Shown here: positions 27,261-39,404 of the stretch, piece by piece | Numbering within the stretch: position 1 is the first letter of the stretch | Layout: every line of letters starts with the position of its first letter | Source: a phage | DNA: 64,000 bases | Assembly (NCBI GenBank): GCA_012441205.1 | Contig: GCA_012441205.1_4705.1 | Reading direction: 5' to 3' (one strand) | The notes under the pieces: generated by a model | Database searches by the model: none | The model's input: the letters and a program-made list of their open reading frames with translations, nothing else | Told to the model about the DNA's origin: nothing | Made by a program: the position numbers and the translations under genes

Positions 27261-27470
27261 TTATACATAAGAGATCAATCGTTGAATGATTTTTACTTTG
27301 CCTTTGCCTGGACCTTTCTTGCGGCGATTCAACAGACGGATACTGTTTCCAGTTACGGTGTCGCCATCATAATCAGCCCGGAACTGTGATAAAAAAGCAG
27401 GTTGTATCTGATCGACACCAGGATTGCTGTGGAAAGGATTGAGACTTAAAAGAGGGTTAGCTGGAATCAT
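27261..27470 (-). CDS. hypothetical small protein (69 aa)
   Basis: track ORF starts at TTG; ATG at 27470 with AAGGA SD. Confidence 0.4.
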   Translation of the reverse strand: MIPANPLLSLNPFHSNPGVDQIQPAFLSQFRADYDGDTVTGNSIRLLNRRKKGPGKGKVKIIQRLISYV

Positions 27471-27488
27471 CGTATTGTCCTTACTCAA

Positions 27489-27839
27489 TTATTTACCCAG
27501 ATAGAGATATTCAGCGCCCTGAACAACGCCGGTTGTTGGATCAACCAGTACGCGAACCCGTGCGTAGGTCTTGAAAGAGGGATTGAAAACTTCGAAGTCG
27601 GCCACTTTCAATTTCACGCTGGGATTGATAGGGTTCTTAACTCCTGGAAGTTCTTTCGGTAATCCGAAGTCGACTCCATATTCTTCAAGGTCTGCTGGCG
27701 TCATGCTCTCCATGGCCATGTAGACCGCTTTTGCTTTATCGTAAACTTCCGGGCTATCCAACAATCCAGCCTGCGCTGAACCGACAACACTACCGAACAG
27801 AATAGCAACAGCAACAAACAATTTAGTTAACGTTTTCAT
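27489..27839 (-). CDS. secreted protein (116 aa)
   Basis: signal peptide MKTLTKLFVAVAILFGSVVGSAQA. Confidence 0.55.
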   Translation of the reverse strand: MKTLTKLFVAVAILFGSVVGSAQAGLLDSPEVYDKAKAVYMAMESMTPADLEEYGVDFGLPKELPGVKNPINPSVKLKVADFEVFNPSFKTYARVRVLVDPTTGVVQGAEYLYLGK

Positions 27840-27877
27840 GATCGTTTCCTTAATAACTTAAATAAACCAATTTAGTA

Positions 27878-28300
27878 TTAACGTACGGCCGCTACACTGT
27901 TAGCGCATGCCTGAATATCATCGGTATTTACGATGATGGTTTCGTTAAACGCACGAATACGCGCACGACGTGCTTCTTTAAGGCTGGCGATTGCGTTAGC
28001 AGCTTGATCTGTATTCGCAAGGCTAATAACTGGGATCAAGCGCATGTCCGGACTGCAGATATTCAATGCCTGGTATACACGTCCATTGATTCCTACGGTA
28101 TCAGACATCGGATAGTGCGCACGGCATTGAAATTGACCCATGACAACAAGCGAACGATCTGAGATACCAATCTGATAACGACCATCTTCACTGTAGGCGT
28201 AGCAGTTATTCCCACGAGCCATCCAGTTAGCCTGTGCTTGCGTGCTAACAAAAGCCAGGGTGGTGACGATAGCGAATACGATATTTTTGAACAGTTTCAT
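27878..28300 (-). CDS. secreted cysteine-containing protein (140 aa)
   Basis: signal peptide MKLFKNIVFAIVTTLAFVSTQAQA; start set at ATG 28300 with AAGGA SD. Confidence 0.55.
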   Translation of the reverse strand: MKLFKNIVFAIVTTLAFVSTQAQANWMARGNNCYAYSEDGRYQIGISDRSLVVMGQFQCRAHYPMSDTVGINGRVYQALNICSPDMRLIPVISLANTDQAANAIASLKEARRARIRAFNETIIVNTDDIQACANSVAAVR

Positions 28301-28358
28301 GATAAAGATCCTTATTGAAATAAAATCGGTATAAAGGCCCCCATTTAGGGGGACCTGA

Positions 28359-28676
28359 TTAGTTTGCACGTAAGAAATGACCTAGAACCGTTACAATTGG
28401 AAACAGTCCTGTAACCGTATTATCACCAGAAAACATCATCTTTGAGTCGTTAACGGTGATGAAACGGATGTCGGTTGCGGATCCGTCGATAGCGACAAAA
28501 CGCATTGAGTTCGGTGGAAGATCCTCAACAACTTCCACGAGGTGTTCACGATTTTCAAAGGCTTCTTTAACACGACGCATGAAACGAATCAATGTTCCTT
28601 CAGCGTCGGCTTCCAAATGACCTAAGATATCGCGATTATTGCGAATAGCGAATACAGACATTTTAAACATACACAT
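28359..28676 (-). CDS. hypothetical protein (105 aa)
   Basis: ORF preceded by conserved leader and promoter-like motif. Confidence 0.5.
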   Translation of the reverse strand: MCMFKMSVFAIRNNRDILGHLEADAEGTLIRFMRRVKEAFENREHLVEVVEDLPPNSMRFVAIDGSATDIRFITVNDSKMMFSGDNTVTGLFPIVTVLGHFLRAN

Positions 28677-28707
28677 CTTGACATCCTCTTATATTGGATT
28701 GATTGCT
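28677..28707 (-). promoter_or_regulatory. conserved 5' leader / translation-initiation region, copy 2
   Basis: near-identical to 470..500. Confidence 0.45.
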
Positions 28708-28741
28708 AATAATTCAAGGTGAAGCTGATTACTGCATTGCT

Positions 28742-28765
28742 TCACCTAGGTAATATAGCCGTGAA
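28742..28765 (-). promoter_or_regulatory. conserved promoter-like motif, copy 2 (TTTCACGGCTATATTACCTAGGTG on minus strand)
   Basis: matches copies at 538..561 and 57488..57511; followed by an 8-bp hairpin. Confidence 0.45.
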
Positions 28766-28784
28766 AATTAATGCATTAATTTAT

Positions 28785-29738
28785 TCACGACTTCGCCATG
28801 TAGGGTTGAATCGCATGGAAGCGTTTAACCACAACTTCAGGAAAAAGTTTGATGATTTCATCAGGCGGTGCTGCACCTTCTGTCCAACGATAGCGTTCAA
28901 CCTTCTCGATGCGTGGACTCCCTCCGACGTCAGCGATACGAAAGATACAGGCGATGCCTAAATCAAAACACACGCTGTAAATATCTTCCGTGCCTCCTTT
29001 ATCAGCAAGTATTTTCGCAAAATGCTCGTTATCAGGAAGAATGGCTAAATTACGTATACGCCAAACATTATTACCCATTTCTTCAAGGATTGGGTATGTT
29101 AAAGTGTGTCCGTGTCGTGTTAACCATCGATGATTTTCGAGGTAGAAGTCCTTATCCCCTGGCCGGTAACCCATAATCACTCCCGTGTAGAAGAGATTGG
29201 GCATATCGAGCAGTTCTTGAATCGTTGGGCCGGTATACTCCCAGAGACAGATTTGTTTGCGGTCTATATCGTAATCTGTAACGTTACTCACCTCCCAACT
29301 TATCGTAAGTTCGTCGATAACATGCCAACCTAAAGTGTGTTCGCAACAAAATAGATTAACAATGGCTGATATCTCATACTTGTCAAATACCCCCAAATTA
29401 CACGGTGGTTGCATCGTACGTAACGGCTCCCATAACGCACTGTAATCATAGAGCAAGTGCCGACACAAACTTTTTGTTAGTGGTGTCTGTTCAGTAAACA
29501 GTGGAAGAATCACCTTATCCAATAACAGACGTAACGGATGGTCGTCTGGTGGTAGAGGAGCAACTAGACGACCTCCTTCTTTAGGGTAATCAGGGCCAAA
29601 CCCGTAACGCTCCGAAATGAGTGCAATCAACACTTTTGCTACGCGATTACGTAGCATGCGATGGATATCATCACTGTAACTGAATTTCGGTTTATTTCCG
29701 CAAACGAAGGTGAAGTATCTAGGTGATAGCTTAACCAT
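28785..29738 (-). CDS. hypothetical protein (about 317 aa)
   Basis: start set at ATG 29738 with AAGGA SD (track ORF extends to 29810, overlapping the upstream gene). Confidence 0.6.
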   Translation of the reverse strand: MVKLSPRYFTFVCGNKPKFSYSDDIHRMLRNRVAKVLIALISERYGFGPDYPKEGGRLVAPLPPDDHPLRLLLDKVILPLFTEQTPLTKSLCRHLLYDYSALWEPLRTMQPPCNLGVFDKYEISAIVNLFCCEHTLGWHVIDELTISWEVSNVTDYDIDRKQICLWEYTGPTIQELLDMPNLFYTGVIMGYRPGDKDFYLENHRWLTRHGHTLTYPILEEMGNNVWRIRNLAILPDNEHFAKILADKGGTEDIYSVCFDLGIACIFRIADVGGSPRIEKVERYRWTEGAAPPDEIIKLFPEVVVKRFHAIQPYMAKS

Positions 29739-29748
29739 AATCTTTTCC

Positions 29749-30195
29749 TTAATCCAAATAGTACGTGATGGATAGGTCTTTTCCATTGAATACAATATCC
29801 GTACAGTCATGGATCGTCGGTAATACCATTTTGGCGGCTATCGGAACATACGCCTGCAACTCCATGAAGTTATCCATACGGAATGCACGACGCACCATCA
29901 ACGGTGTTAGTGTAAACGTTACGCTGACGTTACCGCCCGGAGTCAAGTGCATTATCGCATGCCCATGATCGCACCAACAATGGTTTTCGATCCATCCAGT
30001 GTAAATCAGAATATTTTTATCCTCATCGTAATAAGCAATGCCAGTCTGCTTTAAACGGCTGGTAAATCGAGAGGCCTGCTCATAGCCCGCACGCAACATT
30101 CGAGCAACCAGGCGAGTGTTGTTAGCGATTCGATTCTGTTCGTTGGTTTTTGTGGTTTTGAAAAGTTCGATACGTTCTGCTTTTGTAATTTGCAT
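29749..30195 (-). CDS. hypothetical protein (148 aa)
   Basis: ORF. Confidence 0.55.
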   Translation of the reverse strand: MQITKAERIELFKTTKTNEQNRIANNTRLVARMLRAGYEQASRFTSRLKQTGIAYYDEDKNILIYTGWIENHCWCDHGHAIMHLTPGGNVSVTFTLTPLMVRRAFRMDNFMELQAYVPIAAKMVLPTIHDCTDIVFNGKDLSITYYLD

Positions 30196-30200
30196 GATTA

Positions 30201-30614
30201 CTAACCTAATGAATTGCGTTTAAATAATTGGATGTATGGGGTACCAAATAAAGGACTGTATGAATGTATTCGGTTCTCCTCTGATTCGTAATACTCGATA
30301 GGCCACGATATTGGTTTAGGTAAACGATCTAACGCTTGCAACACGGCGAGTTTAACGCTATTACTTTCGATCGGATACGGAAGTACCGTTGACGAACAGA
30401 ACACACGTGTTCGATGTAAATAAATGAGATGCTGCTGTAGCTTAGACAAACGCCTACGCTTGATTAAGAAACCAGTTACGCGGCAATCGGAGTGATCGTA
30501 GTGATAACGTGCGCTATCGAAATAAACCTGTTCTCCTCTAACAATGAGATACTTTATCGCTTGCATGAAAGAGTAACGGCGTAATTCTCCATTAGCCAAC
30601 ATGACACGAATCAT
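30201..30614 (-). CDS. hypothetical protein (137 aa)
   Basis: ORF; start abuts upstream stop. Confidence 0.5.
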   Translation of the reverse strand: MIRVMLANGELRRYSFMQAIKYLIVRGEQVYFDSARYHYDHSDCRVTGFLIKRRRLSKLQQHLIYLHRTRVFCSSTVLPYPIESNSVKLAVLQALDRLPKPISWPIEYYESEENRIHSYSPLFGTPYIQLFKRNSLG

Positions 30615-31213
30615 TACTTATGTTCCAGTGTTGGTCCAAACAACCAGAATGTCAGGCGCTGATAGACCTGTTCGCTGACCGCGGCTTCTGTTTGCTCTTC
30701 TAGTGATTTCCCTTTTTTATGCTGTATTTCTGGCGGGATGTCGCCCGTGTAAACATACCCTGTTGAGAAGTCCCACGCCAGCCGTTTACCGAATGTGGGT
30801 AAGAATACCTCTTCGAATCGGAACGCTTTCGAATTCCAATGAAGCAGCTGATCGGATTCAACACGTAATGCTTTATTACGTTTGCTTGGCATGTTTCCGA
30901 AGTACTGAACGATGGCTGACTTCATAACCCGATCAGCGAAGTCTTTGGCTTCGGTCTCATCGAGGGGAGGCAGGCGATGCGATAGATTCAGCTTGCGTTG
31001 TTCAACATCAATCTTACGCATCGCTTTAATCAAATCACTAGGGACGATTTTACCCTTATGTCCTTCCTGTCGGTGTATGAAACACCCCTGGAATAACACG
31101 CAAAGTTCTTGAGGTGCGGTACTTTCCATTCGTCCGTAAGCAACGATCACCGAACGGCGACGGTCGATAACTTCGCGGATAAACCGCGGCTCAGTAATAC
31201 TCACCACTGTCAT
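30614..31213 (-). CDS. hypothetical protein (199 aa)
   Basis: ORF. Confidence 0.55.
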   Translation of the reverse strand: MTVVSITEPRFIREVIDRRRSVIVAYGRMESTAPQELCVLFQGCFIHRQEGHKGKIVPSDLIKAMRKIDVEQRKLNLSHRLPPLDETEAKDFADRVMKSAIVQYFGNMPSKRNKALRVESDQLLHWNSKAFRFEEVFLPTFGKRLAWDFSTGYVYTGDIPPEIQHKKGKSLEEQTEAAVSEQVYQRLTFWLFGPTLEHK

Positions 31214-31257
31214 TTAAAGCCCTCTTTATCTTTTTCCATTTCTCTTTACATAACCAC

Positions 31258-31944
31258 TTAAGACGTTGCCATCTTATCTTCCAGAGACTTCTTCGGTAAA
31301 CCATGGATAACTCCTTCCGGGGTTAAGAACACACAGTCTGGATTCTGCGTTCGCGAACGGTCGTCTGGAGTGTTCAACGAGAACAACAACGCAGAAATAC
31401 CTTTCGTCCGGTTTAACGTCGCTACGATCACGTCAAGCTGCCGTAGTGCATCCGATACCGTTCGATGAGGAACGATACGTGACTGTTTGAAGCTGGCTAA
31501 CCGCCAAGTCTCGAACAAACAACGCAGTTTAAACACGTCAGACGGAACAGCAGTAGATCCCTGTTCGATAACCTCAACCCGATCAGCTTCAGGATAACCT
31601 ACGGCAACCGCACTAAAGTGTCTTACCCCATTATGAAAATCATCGATAGATGCTTCAGCGTATTTACATACCGTGCCAGAAACGACCATCACTTTTGCTA
31701 AACCGCGATAATTGATCGTCAACGGAATACGAAATACACGTAAAGCATGTTCCGGATTTAATGAGACGTCGTTAACCTTCGTTGCGGTCAGCTTACCACG
31801 CTCGTAACGTGCGGTGAACGGCAGCCCGTCATAAACGGGATTGATTACAACGCCCCCTGGGGAGGCGTTAGCGTTAAGATGGACATTAAGCCAATCGGAT
31901 ACTTCCTGTCTACTAGTTACGATTAACATAAAACGGTCCTCCAT
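31258..31944 (-). CDS. hypothetical protein (about 228 aa)
   Basis: start set at ATG 31944 with AAGGA SD (track ORF to 31983). Confidence 0.5.
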   Translation of the reverse strand: MEDRFMLIVTSRQEVSDWLNVHLNANASPGGVVINPVYDGLPFTARYERGKLTATKVNDVSLNPEHALRVFRIPLTINYRGLAKVMVVSGTVCKYAEASIDDFHNGVRHFSAVAVGYPEADRVEVIEQGSTAVPSDVFKLRCLFETWRLASFKQSRIVPHRTVSDALRQLDVIVATLNRTKGISALLFSLNTPDDRSRTQNPDCVFLTPEGVIHGLPKKSLEDKMATS

Positions 31945-31954
31945 TTCTTTTCCT

Positions 31955-32605
31955 TTATTCATGACGAGTATCTTCCAAATCATCCCTTTGTTTTGTAAAT
32001 TCTGATTGCTTGCGATAAACCGTCCACGAATCGTATATGCCGTGAAAGTTCAAATGACGTGCATTTAAGTTAACGGTGAATTCTTCCACAGAGGAGAAAT
32101 CCGAACGAAGCATCGAATGGAAGGCGTCATCTCCGGTGCAGCCCCCGTATCCCTCACCCTGATAGATCAAAAGCTGATGTGGTTGAATACGCGCGGCAAC
32201 CAGCGCAGCTTGTGGTTCGCAGTAAGGCGGCCACGACAGTAAAATAACATCGTACTGTGAAAGATCGATGTTCGTGTAGTCGACCTGCTGAATGTCCTCG
32301 ATAAACGGGTGGGGATGTAATTCCGTATCGTAGGCGGTAACGTCCTCAACACCAAGTTTACGTAGTACATAAGTCAGGTAACCTGTCCCACAACCCAAAT
32401 CAGCGACACGTCGCCCGTAACAGATATTCGCTAACTGGAGCGCGGTATCCATGGTTAACAACGACCATCCAATGTGCTGGGTACATTCTTCACGCACACT
32501 CCATTGTTGATGGTACGTCATGGGTTCTATGATACTAGCAAGCTGCTGGTACGGCAATGGCATTCTGGTTTCGCCTTGCGTGAGTAATGCAATAACGTTG
32601 TTCAT
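31955..32605 (-). CDS. SAM-dependent methyltransferase-like protein (216 aa)
   Basis: motif I-like VADLGCGTGYLT and SWPPY resembling the (S/N/D)PPY amino-methyltransferase motif; substrate unknown. Confidence 0.4.
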   Translation of the reverse strand: MNNVIALLTQGETRMPLPYQQLASIIEPMTYHQQWSVREECTQHIGWSLLTMDTALQLANICYGRRVADLGCGTGYLTYVLRKLGVEDVTAYDTELHPHPFIEDIQQVDYTNIDLSQYDVILLSWPPYCEPQAALVAARIQPHQLLIYQGEGYGGCTGDDAFHSMLRSDFSSVEEFTVNLNARHLNFHGIYDSWTVYRKQSEFTKQRDDLEDTRHE

Positions 32606-32631
32606 TTTGTTTCCTTTTTTATCAGCATAAA

Positions 32632-32650
32632 CCCTCCCGTGCCGGGAGGG
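32632..32650 (-). terminator. hairpin after CDS 32656..33084
   Basis: CCCTCCCG-tgc-CGGGAGGG; TTTAT follows on minus strand. Confidence 0.4.
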
Positions 32651-32655
32651 TACGA

Positions 32656-33084
32656 TTATTCATTTTCAATAACTTTAAGATTCGGCGTACCGAGTGTTTT
32701 CTTGACCAACGCCTCAGCAACGCGTTTCTCGATGAAATCGGTCGCATTGCTTCCGTCTATCGTGCGCATGTCACCACGGAAGTTATTGAAGACCATAAAC
32801 AAGTCGCAACCGTCGATAGGTATCGCAAGATCATAACTGACTTGTGATGCCGTGAAATGGACACCGACGACAACGGCGGGAACGAATTTAACCGCTGCGT
32901 TATCTCCTTCTTCTCCGGTTCCGAACGGAAGCTCAACCCGATCACCGATAGAAAATTGCGCAACATCACCAATGATGCGAGTTAATGCTGCTCGTTGCAT
33001 GTCGGCGATATTTTCCTTATTCGCGTCGCAAGGTAGGTCTAAGACTTCTTCCAACGTGAAGAATTTACGATCGAACCAGCTCAT
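32656..33084 (-). CDS. hypothetical protein (142 aa)
   Basis: ORF. Confidence 0.55.
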   Translation of the reverse strand: MSWFDRKFFTLEEVLDLPCDANKENIADMQRAALTRIIGDVAQFSIGDRVELPFGTGEEGDNAAVKFVPAVVVGVHFTASQVSYDLAIPIDGCDLFMVFNNFRGDMRTIDGSNATDFIEKRVAEALVKKTLGTPNLKVIENE

Positions 33085-33085
33085 G

Positions 33086-33619
33086 TTAAGCTCCTTTCTG
33101 TTTGATTGATGATGTTAACCACGATGATCTTACCGTGAAACCCTCGGACTCGTAGAACGCCTGGGCTTCGTCGTTATCAGCACGAACATCCAGGCCGATA
33201 GAATGCCCGCCGCATCGGTAAGCGATGTTACGTGCTTCGTTCATCAAGGCGTGGCCGATCCCGCGTCCACGGTATTCCGGTTTTACAACAATCGATGTAA
33301 CATCATGAATGCCCATATGGCTCTCTGTATTCACTTCCAAGAGGCCTACCGGTATCGAAGCGATGGTGTCGATCATAACGACCAACTTTGCGGTGTCCGG
33401 TAAACGCTTCTCTAATTCTAAGGCATCGTACTCGCGTTTTAAATCGGGGATATTCTCAAACATAAACGTGGTTGCCCATGCCTCTGATTCTACATCATCG
33501 AGAATACGGTACAGCTCACGAATCTGTCGTTTATGTGGGTAAAGGTGTGGATCGGCAGCCGTTGAGGCGATAACGCAATAGAACGGCCGTTCATTAATAA
33601 CTACTGTTTTGATGCTCAT
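33086..33619 (-). CDS. GNAT-family N-acetyltransferase (177 aa)
   Basis: VKPEYRGRGIGHALMNEA ... FYESEGF acetyl-CoA-binding signature. Confidence 0.6.
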   Translation of the reverse strand: MSIKTVVINERPFYCVIASTAADPHLYPHKRQIRELYRILDDVESEAWATTFMFENIPDLKREYDALELEKRLPDTAKLVVMIDTIASIPVGLLEVNTESHMGIHDVTSIVVKPEYRGRGIGHALMNEARNIAYRCGGHSIGLDVRADNDEAQAFYESEGFTVRSSWLTSSIKQKGA

Positions 33620-34122
33620 GCTAAAATTCCCTCATTACCTAACAGTCGATTACGGTGACGTCGGTACATTTGACAAAGTGTTGTGATTTGATAAAGTTTG
33701 TTATAACGTAATTCGATACGTTTTTGCACCTCTTTCCATGAAAGTTTATCATATTGCCGATAACGATGGATTTCATTCAACATCCGAAGACGCGTAGGAT
33801 CGGTATTCTTTATTGTTACGAGCTTCACGCGTTGGTATCCGCGCTGCAACCCCGATTCAGAATACGTAATGCCGAACTCATCCTGAATGATAGTAATGAT
33901 CTCCCGCCATCGGCGCTTCTCGCCGTCACGTAAATGGACAACCCGCGATAAGATATCGTTCCGATTACGATGACTCAGTTTAATGTTAAGCATTGAAGCA
34001 ATCGCGCTAATTGCTCTCTGACTCCGCCCTAACGCCTCACCGATCTCTTTCGATGTCATGACGCCAGCGTTTCGACGTATGAATGCGATTTCGGTTGTTG
34101 TGTATTCTTTACCTGCCGCCAT
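33616..34122 (-). CDS. HTH DNA-binding protein, paralog 6 of tandem array (168 aa)
   Basis: TEIAFIRRNAGVMTSKEIGEALGRSQRAISAIASMLNI and a second HTH-like repeat. Confidence 0.55.
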   Translation of the reverse strand: MAAGKEYTTTEIAFIRRNAGVMTSKEIGEALGRSQRAISAIASMLNIKLSHRNRNDILSRVVHLRDGEKRRWREIITIIQDEFGITYSESGLQRGYQRVKLVTIKNTDPTRLRMLNEIHRYRQYDKLSWKEVQKRIELRYNKLYQITTLCQMYRRHRNRLLGNEGILA

Positions 34123-34586
34123 TTCTTACCACGCGTGTTATAATAGTAACGTTGACAAAGATGTGTGTGATGGTACTCCCGTTTGAACTCGACATTGATA
34201 ATGCGAGCAACTTCTCTCCAGCTAACCCCTTCATGTCGAAGTGTCGTGATACGGTCTGAAATTTTGCACCATTCACCAGGATCGTATCGTCGCAGTTTAT
34301 GACGTCGTATTACGGAGGCGACGCTCGCTTTCGAGCGACCAAGATGATTCGACATTCGTTTAATCGAGTATCTATGGATATTATCGCGAATATAGGAAAG
34401 CTCGTTGTCTGTATACGTCGCGTTGGTTCTCGGCGAAGGGAACAATACGTATAACTTATTCTTAATCGCGCTTTCCGTGCGTTGAAACACGGTAACCAGT
34501 TCACTAATCGATGGTCTAGGTATTTGATACGCGTAATTCTCGAGGCGTGAGAGTTCCTCATCTGTCCAGCGGCGGTATTTGCGCAT
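34056..34586 (-). CDS. double-HTH protein, paralog 5 (about 176 aa)
   Basis: WTDEELSRLENYAY...ISELVTVFQRTESAIKNKL and YTDNELSYIRDNI...IKRMSNHLGRSKASVASVIRRHKL; start set at ATG 34586 with AAGGAG SD. Confidence 0.6.
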   Translation of the reverse strand: MRKYRRWTDEELSRLENYAYQIPRPSISELVTVFQRTESAIKNKLYVLFPSPRTNATYTDNELSYIRDNIHRYSIKRMSNHLGRSKASVASVIRRHKLRRYDPGEWCKISDRITTLRHEGVSWREVARIINVEFKREYHHTHLCQRYYYNTRGKKWRQVKNTQQPKSHSYVETLAS

Positions 34587-35052
34587 GGGCAACTCCTTTG
34601 TTTTTCGTGTAATAACACCAACGTTGATACAACGCATGTTTATTCGTTGTAATCCCAAATTTAACAACAACGTCGTATGTGATAATATTCCAATTTTGGG
34701 TGACGTTAAGTCGTTCCGCGATAATCGCTTCCCGTTCTTGCTTGGTTAACGCACGACGAATTCCATTAAGCCGTATAAACTGACGAACCGAGTCATACGA
34801 ACGGTTTAAATCATACGCAATCTCCCTCAGCGATTTTTGTTTGATTACGGACTTGATGTACGCACGTTCTTCTTCCGTATACGGTCGATGCTTCTGGCGT
34901 TGACGTATTCCCAAACGCCCCAGACACGCGTCGATGCTGGCGTATGTTCGTCCTGTCCGTTGTGCGATTTCATCAATCGTCAGCGGCGTGTTCAAGTACA
35001 TGTGTGTAACATCTTTTAACTCATCGTTACGCCACGGCCGAGGTCGTCCCAT
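34558..35052 (-). CDS. double-HTH protein, paralog 4 (164 aa)
   Basis: WRNDELKDVTHMYLNTPLTIDEIAQRTGRTYASIDACLGRLGI and YTEEERAYIKSVI...LREIAYDLNRSYDSVRQFIRLNGI. Confidence 0.6.
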   Translation of the reverse strand: MGRPRPWRNDELKDVTHMYLNTPLTIDEIAQRTGRTYASIDACLGRLGIRQRQKHRPYTEEERAYIKSVIKQKSLREIAYDLNRSYDSVRQFIRLNGIRRALTKQEREAIIAERLNVTQNWNIITYDVVVKFGITTNKHALYQRWCYYTKNKGVAHAQIPPLDR

Positions 35053-35530
35053 CTTGTATCCCTCTTTTCTTTCTATGATGCCACCAACGCTGATAAACAG
35101 CTTGCTTCGTCCGTGTTATGCCAAAATGCGCATTAACCCGTTCAGCAATGTGGTACCAATCCTGCGTTTCTTCTAACAATGCATCAACGAAGGCTATGAA
35201 GATCTTAGTATCATCCTCGCTTAACCGCTTGAAGCCATGGCGGTGTGCTATTGTTCGAATACTGTTTGGATCTCTGTTTAAATCGCGTGCGAGCTGTTTG
35301 TAACTTTTGTGCTTACAGTGTAGTCTGATATGTTCTAATTCATCGACGCTGAAACGTTTATGCGGTTTACGGCGTTCGACGTTTAAGTACCTCAACCTTG
35401 ATTCGATTGCACCGTACGTCGTTTCCATGATTTCCGCGATTTCACGGATTTTTAATTTCGGGCGACGATCGTATAGTTTCAGCAACTGCTCATCGTACTT
35501 ACGATTCCATCGTCGTACTGGGGGTTTCAC
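35027..35530 (-). CDS. double-HTH protein, paralog 3 (167 aa, GTG start)
   Basis: WNRKYDEQLLKLYDRRPKLKIREIAEIMETTYGAIESRLRYL and FSVDELEHIRLHC...YKQLARDLNRDPNSIRTIAHRHGF; AGGAGAAA SD before GTG. Confidence 0.55.
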   Translation of the reverse strand: MKPPVRRWNRKYDEQLLKLYDRRPKLKIREIAEIMETTYGAIESRLRYLNVERRKPHKRFSVDELEHIRLHCKHKSYKQLARDLNRDPNSIRTIAHRHGFKRLSEDDTKIFIAFVDALLEETQDWYHIAERVNAHFGITRTKQAVYQRWWHHRKKRGIQDGTTSAVA

Positions 35531-35532
35531 AA

Positions 35533-36012
35533 CTAGATTTCTCCTGTTCTACGCGTTTTTAATGCTTGAGTGTAGTAAAGGGTATGAACACCGCTTAACG
35601 TGTAATGGGTGTTAAATTCGTTATTGATGATATTCTGTATTCTCTCCCAGGTTTTCTTCTCTTTTCTAAGAGTATGTATTCGGTGATAGATCATCTCTCG
35701 ACGTTGCGCTTTGCACGCGATAATACCGTAGCGGTAGCAGAGTTTAGCGATCGCATCCACGCTACGATTGAACATTACCGCGGCTTCTTTCACGCTGTGC
35801 GTCTTGAGATAATCGGCTAACATCACGCGTTCTTCGAAACAACAATAGCGGTGACGCGACGTGAGTTTCCAGCGCTTGCGATTACGGTTAATTCGACCTT
35901 GAACCGAACCTTCCGTTCGGCCAAGTCGTACCGCAATATCTTGCATCGGTATACCGTTTCGGTACAGGGTAATCAACATCGCATCTTCTTCGGGTGTCCA
36001 GTCCTTGACCAT
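35533..36012 (-). CDS. double-HTH protein, paralog 2 (159 aa)
   Basis: WTPEEDAMLITLYRNGIPMQDIAVRLGRTEGSVQGRINR (SANT/Myb- or GcrA-like) plus second repeat; GGGGTGG SD. Confidence 0.6.
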   Translation of the reverse strand: MVKDWTPEEDAMLITLYRNGIPMQDIAVRLGRTEGSVQGRINRNRKRWKLTSRHRYCCFEERVMLADYLKTHSVKEAAVMFNRSVDAIAKLCYRYGIIACKAQRREMIYHRIHTLRKEKKTWERIQNIINNEFNTHYTLSGVHTLYYTQALKTRRTGEI

Positions 36013-36024
36013 AATGCCACCCCA

Positions 36025-38688
<2,664 letters not shown>

Positions 38689-38795
38689 GTTGTCGTTTCC
38701 TCCATACGAAACCAAAAAATTGTCAAAATGTACATCGGCATAACGCCCGTGCCCGCCCGTGATGGGAGGGACACAGGCAATACGCTTTTATTTCA

Positions 38796-39404
38796 TCAAG
38801 ACTTCACAACGCATTCGACTTCGTCGTTCATATAGGCTTCGTATAAAGACAGTACTTCCTTCATTTTAATTTCAGGTAACGCAACAGAACGAATCGCTTT
38901 CAGGATATTCCGTGTCTGATGATGTTTAACCTTCGCTTCACGTAGTTTACAGAATTGACGGATGCAGGTATTAACTTTACCACCTTCCGCACGTTCGAGG
39001 GCGACGTGCAGTTTCAGATCCAGTAATACTTCCGTGAGTTCCTGGGTGGCAGGATCGTTACGAATAAGTCGCACCGTCCGTTCATCCGGATTCAACATCG
39101 TGAGGAACTGAAGCTTGATCTGTTCAGGTACGGGTTTCGTGTTCATCATGATGGCGTCAAACTGTTCCTTAACATCCAACTCATTGAACACATAACGTTC
39201 GATGTGTACGACGTGTGCTTTTCCCGACTCACCGTAAATCGCCATCGCACGATAGTCATCGAACAACACGACATACATCAGATCTTGTTCCGGTCCGATG
39301 GTACCATCCATGAGCTTCGGGGCGTGTTTCCTAAAGAAGCCGTAGCGAACCGCTTCATCCGGCATGAGCGTCCACGCATTAACGGGCTGTTTTACGAGTT
39401 CCAT
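38796..39404 (-). CDS. hypothetical protein (about 202 aa)
   Basis: start set at ATG 39404 with GAGGTG SD (track ORF to 39428). Confidence 0.5.
   Translation of the reverse strand: MELVKQPVNAWTLMPDEAVRYGFFRKHAPKLMDGTIGPEQDLMYVVLFDDYRAMAIYGESGKAHVVHIERYVFNELDVKEQFDAIMMNTKPVPEQIKLQFLTMLNPDERTVRLIRNDPATQELTEVLLDLKLHVALERAEGGKVNTCIRQFCKLREAKVKHHQTRNILKAIRSVALPEIKMKEVLSLYEAYMNDEVECVVKS

Noticed and set aside
30831-30845. tRNA-like T-loop sequence (ttcgaattcc)
   Set aside because: It lies inside a well-supported CDS and no cloverleaf could be built around it; no tRNA is called in the window.
32030-32045. Partial fourth copy of the promoter-like motif (gtatatgccgtgaaag)
   Set aside because: It has an extra base relative to the motif and sits inside the coding region of 31955..32605; it cannot be told apart from chance without a genome-wide scan.
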